Positions 25,892 through 32,000 of a DNA stretch of 32,000 nt are shown in pieces. A program made the translations under genes and the position numbers. The notes under the pieces are model-generated. The model saw nothing but the letters and a program-made list of their open reading frames with translations, did no database searches and was not told the origin of the DNA. Each line of letters begins with the position of its first letter. The stretch's first letter is position 1. The stretch comes from Vibrio vulnificus CMCP6 (GTDB lineage Bacteria > Pseudomonadota > Gammaproteobacteria > Enterobacterales > Vibrionaceae), in the NCBI RefSeq assembly GCF_000039765.1, contig NC_004460.2, positions 90,001 through 122,000 on the forward strand. The letters run 5' to 3'.

Positions 25892-26209
25892 AATTTGACC
25901 CTCTTAAATCTTGCCGAATATGTCGGTACCAATTCTTCTCTTCTTGAGATAAGTGAGGAAGCTCCATGCCTCGAATGGTCTAATCGTGTTTTCGTTAAGT
26001 GCACTATATCAATGGAAAATCCGTGATGAAAGCCTCAATTCAAGGTTAAGAGAAGGTTAGCGATTACGCAAACGTTTAGAAAGAAAAACGTCAATAACGC
26101 AACTATTCGTTTACTCAATAAAAGAGAAGGAGATGTTGGGACGAATTATCTTTTTCGCCTATTGAAACGATAGTTGGACAGTGAATTTACACTGCCATAT
26201 CATTGCGAA

Positions 26210-26224
26210 TGAGAATTATTATTG
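26210..26224 (+). promoter_or_regulatory. Putative Fur box
   Basis: GCGAATGAGAATTATTATTGAT contains TGAGAAT-T-ATTATTG, close to the Fur 7-1-7 motif, 14 bp upstream of the ATG at 26238. Confidence 0.6.
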
Positions 26225-26237
26225 ATAGGTGTTGTTT

Positions 26238-26504
26238 ATGTCTATTTTGATTGCTGTGTTGTTTTCGCTGTTATTGATCGTAAAAATGAAAGTAGAAAAG
26301 GCTTATGCTTTATTGCACATCGCATTGCATGTTGTTTTTCTTATTCTAGTCGGGCAAACCTATGCAGTGAGCTATTTGATTGTGATGTTTTTTTCTGCTC
26401 CGATTCAGATTGCCATGTGTCATCGTGGGGAGTGCAAAGAAAAAGGGCATAAGTGGTTTTCTATCCTGCCGGCGCTTGTTGTGATCATCGTGGCTTTTCT
26501 TTGA
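26238..26504 (+). CDS. Small hypothetical inner-membrane protein, probably Fur-controlled
   Basis: MSILIAVLFSLLLIVKMKVEKAYALLHIALHVVFLILVGQTYAVSYLIVMFFSAPIQIAMCHRGECKEKGHKWF..., with three or so TMs; Fur-like box directly upstream. Confidence 0.65.
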   Translation: MSILIAVLFSLLLIVKMKVEKAYALLHIALHVVFLILVGQTYAVSYLIVMFFSAPIQIAMCHRGECKEKGHKWFSILPALVVIIVAFL

Positions 26505-26538
26505 ACGCTAAGAGTTTGAGCGTCCGGGCGTTTGCGCT

Positions 26539-26570
26539 TCACGGCTTAATTCAGAGTAATTAAGCCGTGA
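26539..26570. other. Perfect 13-bp inverted repeat with a 6-nt loop in a convergent intergenic region
   Basis: TCACGGCTTAATT-CAGAGT-AATTAAGCCGTGA read directly. No T-tract on either side. Confidence 0.85.
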
Positions 26571-26598
26571 GAAACAGCTATTTTGAGAGACTGTCGCT

Positions 26599-27858
26599 TT
26601 AGCGAGCCAGTTTGTGGTGCGCGCGAGAAAAATGTCCAGCTGCAAAAGCGCCAACAATCGATAGCTCTCCGGCTAAGCAAAGTGCAGCACAAACTTCAGC
26701 CAATGCACGCGCGTTGCCTTGTCCATACAGGCCTAGAATGTCTAGACAGGCCTTTTGGCTTGGTAGGCCAGTGCCGCCGCCAACGGTTCCGACCATCAGA
26801 TTTGGTAATGTCACGCTCGCATATAAGTGCCCATCGGCGGTAAGTTCCATCCGGGTAATGCCAATGGCTGATTCAGCCACGCAAGCGGCGTCTTGTCCGC
26901 AAGCCAAATAGAGTGCCGTTAACGCGTTGGCGTAATGGGCATTGACACCAATTCCGCCACTCAATGCCGCACCCGTCGTCGTCATCTGACCGAATTTGAC
27001 CATTTTTTCAGGCGTAGTATGCAAGTACTTTTCAACCATCTCGCGGGAAAGAGTCACTTCGGCGATCACTTTTTTCCCACGGACGCTTGTCAGTGTTTTG
27101 CTGTTTGCTTTTTTATCCCCTGAGAGGTTGCCATCTAGAAAGGCTTCTTTGATGTCGATGGGGCAGGTTTCCAATATTGACTGAAATACAGCGTTGGTCG
27201 CGATTGTCACCATATTTTGCCCAGAGGCGTCACCTGTTTGGTATTCAAACATCAAGTAGACATGATTGCCTTCCATGTTGATGTTGATGTCACTGAGCGT
27301 ACCATGCGAAGTCGTGGATTCGGCGATTTGCTTAAAACGCTCGTAGTGGGTGGTCACCCAAGCGACAAACTGACCCGCGGAGACTAAGTTCGTGAATGCG
27401 AATACGGGGGTGCGTGTCACTCCTTCATTCACCAGCATGGCCGTTGCTCCGCCGGCTGCGGTAATGAGATTGGCCCCTCGTGAATAGGAGGCCACCAAAG
27501 CGGCCTCTGTCGTGGCAAGGGGGATCAAATAATCATCGCTGGCAAACAGGCCATTTACGCGCAATGGTCCAGCTAGCCCAACGGGGACTTTTACCGTACC
27601 AACAAAGTGCTCAATGTTCTTTTGATAGAGCGCCATGTGCTCAAGAGTATGTTGATCTAGTAATTGGCCTTGAGTGGCATGACAGTTCACCACATCCCAA
27701 CGCTTCTTTAGAGTTTTATCACTAATAAAAGGGCTCTTGGGTAAGGTGCGTTTTGGTGGGGCGTAATTGGGGTTGAGTTTTTGCTCTATCTGTTGCGCGC
27801 TATCTAGACAGCGAAGTGCGGTATGAATATTTTTATTTTGCGTAGTTTTAACGGGCAT
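26599..27858 (-). CDS. Hydroxymethylglutaryl-CoA reductase, class I-type
   Basis: VPVGLAGPL, PLATTEAALVAS, GDASGQNMV, DKKAN...RGKKV, GTVGGGTGLPSQKACLDILG, and C-terminal AAGHFSRAHHKL. Confidence 0.93.
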   Translation of the reverse strand: MPVKTTQNKNIHTALRCLDSAQQIEQKLNPNYAPPKRTLPKSPFISDKTLKKRWDVVNCHATQGQLLDQHTLEHMALYQKNIEHFVGTVKVPVGLAGPLRVNGLFASDDYLIPLATTEAALVASYSRGANLITAAGGATAMLVNEGVTRTPVFAFTNLVSAGQFVAWVTTHYERFKQIAESTTSHGTLSDININMEGNHVYLMFEYQTGDASGQNMVTIATNAVFQSILETCPIDIKEAFLDGNLSGDKKANSKTLTSVRGKKVIAEVTLSREMVEKYLHTTPEKMVKFGQMTTTGAALSGGIGVNAHYANALTALYLACGQDAACVAESAIGITRMELTADGHLYASVTLPNLMVGTVGGGTGLPSQKACLDILGLYGQGNARALAEVCAALCLAGELSIVGAFAAGHFSRAHHKLAR

Positions 27859-27937
27859 AAGTCTGTCAGCAAGAAAAAGGAAGCGTCGATTCTACTGAAT
27901 CAGGAAGAGTAAACAAGGTGGTAAGCGTAACAAATGG

Positions 27938-28246
27938 TCACACTTGGATATCCAATAGACTACCAATCACATCGTTGTTTCGTTCAATAACGCTCGCACC
28001 AATACGGTTATAGCTATTGGCTTGGCTCAGTTTCATCAAAGCTTCGTTGTGATCTTTGGGTGGTTGAGTGGGTTTTTCTTCAGGTTTGCGATCAAATTCG
28101 ACACGATTAAAAGCGAGCTCATCAGAGGTAGGATTTCCGTTTGCTTGGTTCACTTCCAACGCAGCCTCTTCAGCCATCTTACTGGATTGCTGAATGAGTT
28201 GATAACCGGATTGAACTCCTGAAACTGGCATGGTTAAAACGCTCAC
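27938..28246 (-). CDS. Hypothetical protein (about 102 aa)
   Basis: Complete ORF with balanced composition in an otherwise empty interval; no family recognised. Confidence 0.55.
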   Translation of the reverse strand: MSVLTMPVSGVQSGYQLIQQSSKMAEEAALEVNQANGNPTSDELAFNRVEFDRKPEEKPTQPPKDHNEALMKLSQANSYNRIGASVIERNNDVIGSLLDIQV

Positions 28247-28326
28247 TAATTAACCTGTCTTAAGCATAGTTGGATTTGACAATGGTGGCAACTATGCTAG
28301 CAAAATCGTGTTTAGATAATCTCTTC

Positions 28327-28548
28327 CTAAACAAATAACTTAGCCAATGCATCACGCTCTTCAAGGCTTAGAATGTCATTGTCTTTCTTTAACAAAGCAA
28401 GTTGAATGTCGCCTTGCAAATGTTGTAGCTGAAGAGGAGACAGCCTTTTAAGCTCTTCACGCAGTCGTTCGAAATCAGTTTGTTTCATGTTAATCACCGA
28501 TCTGTATCGTTTTTTTTGCTCATCATTCATTACGGTGTTGTCCATCAC
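28327..28548 (-). CDS. Hypothetical small helical protein (about 73 aa; may start at an internal Met)
   Basis: Charged helical sequence KQTDFERLREELKRLSPLQLQHLQGDIQLALLKK; no family recognised. Confidence 0.5.
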   Translation of the reverse strand: MMDNTVMNDEQKKRYRSVINMKQTDFERLREELKRLSPLQLQHLQGDIQLALLKKDNDILSLEERDALAKLFV

Positions 28549-28650
28549 AACGAGTGAATAATGAACAATGTACTGGATGAACGCTGTTTTATTGTCCGGA
28601 AAATGTCAGGGCACGGTAAAACTGGGCGGTATAGAAAGGGCGTGGATGAA

Positions 28651-28686
28651 AGGTGATAAACGGTGCTAATAGGGCGTTTATCACCT
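28651..28686. terminator. Perfect 12-bp inverted repeat downstream of the yccS-like gene, possible terminator
   Basis: AGGTGATAAACG (28651-28662) / CGTTTATCACCT (28675-28686), 12-nt loop; short T-rich tract on the minus strand. Confidence 0.5.
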
Positions 28687-28708
28687 ATAGATGAAGTGGA
28701 ATGTTTGG

Positions 28709-30862
28709 TTACTGCGTACGCACTGCAAGCTTACTGGCTAATGAGTGTAACTCTGGCATCATTCGATAAATTAAGTGCAGTTGTTGAAGCACCATGCGAG
28801 CACTGCCTTCATCATCTTCACGCCATTCACTCAATCGCTTTTCCAAGTCCGCAGCGTTACTCGTGTCGACATCACAATCATCACAGCGATTGTACAACTG
28901 AGATTGAAGCGTCTCTAAGTGCTGGTGGATTGTTCGGTGTGCGTCGAGTACCAATTGATGTGTGGACTCGTCATCCAAGCGAGTGCGGTGAGCTCCAAGG
29001 GCAGAGATGTAGCTCAGCATGGCATGATTTAGAGTAAGAAAACGGAAGCTCTCATCGATTGCGGTCTGATATTTTCCAGGCTCGATCAGCATGTTACTGA
29101 TCGCAGACGAAAGGTTGGCATCCTGGTTATGCGCATTACGCCGTGCAATACGATAAGCGAGGCTATCTTTTTTACCAATTCGGTACTGACCAATGATTTG
29201 CAGTAAGTACTGTTTGTTGGCGTCTATCGCATCAGACATCACTTTGTGTAAGCGACGAGACTGCCAGTCAGGCAGAATCAAAACCACAGCAGCAACGGCA
29301 AGTGCGCAACCGATGAGCGTATCGGCCAATCGAGGCAATACAACCGCATAACCTTCACCCAACTGGTTGAAGCAAAAGAGCACGAGTAGGGTGATGAAAC
29401 CAGTCGCAAATCCGTAGTTATTAATCCTAAAGGCAAAAAAGAGCACGCCAGAGAGGACGATAAACACCAGTTGGCTCTCTTGCGATGGGAAAAACGTGAG
29501 TAGGGGAACACCGATAAGTAAGCCAGCAAAGGTGCCTGCAATACGTGCAACCAGCTTTTGTTTTGTTGCACTGTAGTTTGGTTGGCAAACAAACAAAGTG
29601 GTTAATAGGATCCAATAGCCTCTTTCAATCTCGAATCCATAGATCACGCCATAACCGGCAGTCAACGCTATCGCCATCCGAATGGCGTGACGAAACAGCA
29701 TCGAGTCTTTGTTGAAGTTGGCCCGAATGCGCTGAAACATGGCTTTAAGAGTATGCGGATTAGTGTCGTCCAGCAAATTCTCTTCCAATTTTTCCGCATC
29801 AGGATTACTGATGTTATTAAACTGCTTTTCAACGGTAGCGAGATTATTAAATAAGTAGTTAAGTTGGCCGAGAAGATGAGACCATTTTGGATTTTTTTGT
29901 TCTTGGAGGTAGCTCAATGCGTTTTGCAGTTCTGCCAAAGCCAAAATGGATTGAGACGCGTGGTTATACTCATTGCCTAAGCGCAACGATTCGGCAATTT
30001 CTCGACAGGCAGTTGCTTGCGCCTCAAGCAAATACTTAAAGCGGAACAAAATATCTGACCGCTCGAACTGTACAGCAAGATCTTGATAGCGGTAATGGCT
30101 CGAGCTGACTCGCTCGTGAATATCCTGCGCAATAAAGTAAATATTGAGGAAGCGGTCACTTGGCCCATCAATATGACCTCGTTTCGAACGGCTCAGCAAA
30201 GTCTGTTTGCAGTTGTTGAGTGCATTAACAGTCCGAGCATTGAGGCTTGCAGCGTTAATGCGCATCGGTTGAGGCGTCATGTTGGTTACCGGATGGAAGA
30301 GCTGTGCTTTTGCATCAAGATAGTTGGCCAACTGGTGAAAGACGTTGGCTAGGCTCTGTTGGACAGGCTGCATTGGCCAGAGGATTTGCCAAACCATCGA
30401 CATAAAGTAGTACCATGCGGCGCCTGAGAGTAGCAGCAATGGTTGAAACCAAATATTGACACTTTGGTGTGCGCCGAGCATGGCATAGATTGCGATAAGC
30501 AAAGAGCCAAAGGCGATGCTGGCGTATTTGGGGCCAACTGCGCCCAACATAATGAAGCCAAAGGTGGAAACAAAGAGCCCAATCGCAAAGAGCCATGGCG
30601 TATTAAAGAGAAGCTCAATTGAAAACGCCGCGATAGCAAAACAGATAAACGTGAGCAACACGGCTTTAAGCCTGCCGCTAAAACTGTCATCACTTTCCGC
30701 CAAAGCGGCGGCAATAACGCCGAGGATTAAAGGCGTGATCAAGGTATTTTGTTCGTAGTACCAAGCTGGTACCACAACACCGAGCAAAGTGATGAGGATC
30801 AATACACTATAGCTAATGGTTTTATTGGCCCAAAAGTGACGAAGTTTGAAACGTAAGTTCAC
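28709..30862 (-). CDS. yccS: YccS/YhfK-type FUSC-family inner-membrane protein
   Basis: 717 aa with two hydrophobic blocks; N-terminal TMs and central HAIRMAIALTAGYGVIYGFEIERGYWILLTTLFVCQPNYSATKQKLVARIAGTFAGLLIG. Confidence 0.9.
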   Translation of the reverse strand: MNLRFKLRHFWANKTISYSVLILITLLGVVVPAWYYEQNTLITPLILGVIAAALAESDDSFSGRLKAVLLTFICFAIAAFSIELLFNTPWLFAIGLFVSTFGFIMLGAVGPKYASIAFGSLLIAIYAMLGAHQSVNIWFQPLLLLSGAAWYYFMSMVWQILWPMQPVQQSLANVFHQLANYLDAKAQLFHPVTNMTPQPMRINAASLNARTVNALNNCKQTLLSRSKRGHIDGPSDRFLNIYFIAQDIHERVSSSHYRYQDLAVQFERSDILFRFKYLLEAQATACREIAESLRLGNEYNHASQSILALAELQNALSYLQEQKNPKWSHLLGQLNYLFNNLATVEKQFNNISNPDAEKLEENLLDDTNPHTLKAMFQRIRANFNKDSMLFRHAIRMAIALTAGYGVIYGFEIERGYWILLTTLFVCQPNYSATKQKLVARIAGTFAGLLIGVPLLTFFPSQESQLVFIVLSGVLFFAFRINNYGFATGFITLLVLFCFNQLGEGYAVVLPRLADTLIGCALAVAAVVLILPDWQSRRLHKVMSDAIDANKQYLLQIIGQYRIGKKDSLAYRIARRNAHNQDANLSSAISNMLIEPGKYQTAIDESFRFLTLNHAMLSYISALGAHRTRLDDESTHQLVLDAHRTIHQHLETLQSQLYNRCDDCDVDTSNAADLEKRLSEWREDDEGSARMVLQQLHLIYRMMPELHSLASKLAVRTQ

Positions 30863-31071
30863 GGTTTTCCTGTGTAAATGAGCATGAACGAGTTACTCGG
30901 CAGTGTAGCAGAAACCACCATTAACAATATGACTTGGACACATAAAAAGTTTTGCCTGCTTAGTATTTCTCCACTCGCTGCTGCTTGATAGGGATTAATG
31001 GCTACATTTTCCGGTTACAAAATGGTATAACCCTGAAACCCTTGATTTCAGAAGCAAGAGAAATGAATCCA

Positions 31072-32000
31072 TGCTGCTAACGGCCAATAAAACCGCCCAG
31101 TTTTTTATCCAAAAAGAGTATCACCATGTCGAATTGCAAGGTCAGTCTCTCCTCTTGGTATCGGTCGGAAGCGAGGAGCACATTCCATTCACGGTTTGGA
31201 ATGGTGAGATTCATGTAAAACGAGGCTTGTTTTGGGGGGCATTGCAGTTTTTTGCGCATCCGGTCGAAGGTAAGCAGCAGAGCTGGCTGGTACAAGGTCT
31301 TCCATGGCCAGAGTGCAAACAATTTGCTCGGAATGCAGTAGAACAATATCAACAGTGGCACGATCAGCAATGTCGCCAATTGAGTCAGTATTTGCCAATT
31401 TGGGAAGACGGGCTACACCGTTTAATCTATCTACCGGCTTATTTACCGCATTCAACCGTAGACACTTGGGTTCGTGATGTTCATGGTCAATTAAAAGAAA
31501 TGAACATGACACTTGATGAAGCGAAACAGCGACTGCCAGAGCGGGTGGCTGCGATGGAAAGCTGGCTACTTGATGGAGAGCAAGCGATTCAACAGCGCAA
31601 TTTGTCTTGGCTTGAACAGGAAAGGCAAAATTGGGAAGTGTTGTTCAATCAAATCGAATCTTCGCCGCTCAATGTTTCTCAGCAACATGCGGTGTTGCTG
31701 AATGATGATCACAATCTCGTCTTGGCTGGGGCCGGTTCAGGGAAAACCAGCGTATTGACCGCTCGGGTGGCGTATTTATTACAAAGCCATCAAGCGACAG
31801 ATGAACAAATGCTGTTGTTGGCGTTTGGTCGTGATGCGGCTCAGGAGCTGAAACAGCGCTTAGTGGATAAAATAGGGCTTGCCGCGCAAAACACCAGTGT
31901 GTCTACCTTCCATCAGTTAGGCTTGTCGATCATTCACCAAGTGGAAAGTAAGCCTGTAGAGATTTCCCCCATCGCTTTGGATGACAAACTGCGTCAAGCA
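31072..32000 (+). CDS. helD: DNA helicase IV (UvrD/Rep family), 5' part only, truncated by the window end
   Basis: Open frame from ATG 31072 (MLLTANKTAQFFIQKEYHHVELQGQSLLLVSVGSEEHIPFTVWNGE...) to base 32000 containing LNVSQQHAVLLNDDHNLVLAGAGSGKTSVLTARVAYLL (Q motif plus Walker A). Absent from the supplied ORF track. Confidence 0.93.

Noticed and set aside
28663-29037. 124-aa plus-strand ORF antisense to the yccS-like gene
   Set aside because: Antisense to a conserved coding region, with codon pattern explained by the opposite strand.

Overview
The window looks like Vibrio-type chromosomal DNA (inference from protein families and synteny). Its main feature is a nearly complete Tad/Flp (type IVb) pilus locus at about 0.4-12.3 kb: divergent prepilin peptidase tadV, then flp, cpaB/rcpC, secretin rcpA, rcpB-like lipoprotein, tadZ, tadA, tadB, tadC, tadD (TPR plus SPOR-like tail), tadE, tadF, tadG (vWA) and an OmpA-family protein, followed by a strong terminator. 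Downstream are a cystatin-like lipoprotein, an endo/exonuclease/phosphatase-family protein, tRNA-Leu(UAA) and tRNA-Cys(GCA), a class 3 lipase-like protein, a DASS anion transporter divergent from a CitA/DcuS-type two-component system, an acetyltransferase (maa-like), a NUDIX hydrolase and a MazG-like gene with an in-frame TGA. These are followed by an orphan NifW-like protein with a small Cys-rich ORF, a siderophore ABC importer (permease, permease, ATPase) whose first permease has an apparent 5' frameshift, a CueR-like regulator, a YgjV/SemiSWEET-like protein, a putative Fur-controlled small membrane protein, a class I HMG-CoA reductase, a YccS-like FUSC protein, and the 5' part of helD, which the ORF track misses. 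I did not find a convincing wholly new multi-gene system. The most useful second-look items are the TGA-interrupted MazG-like gene, the T5-tract frameshift in the siderophore permease, the NifW/Cys-rich pair, the cystatin-like lipoprotein, the Flp pilin with a (GGT)n tail and non-canonical cleavage site, and two Fur-box-like sites.
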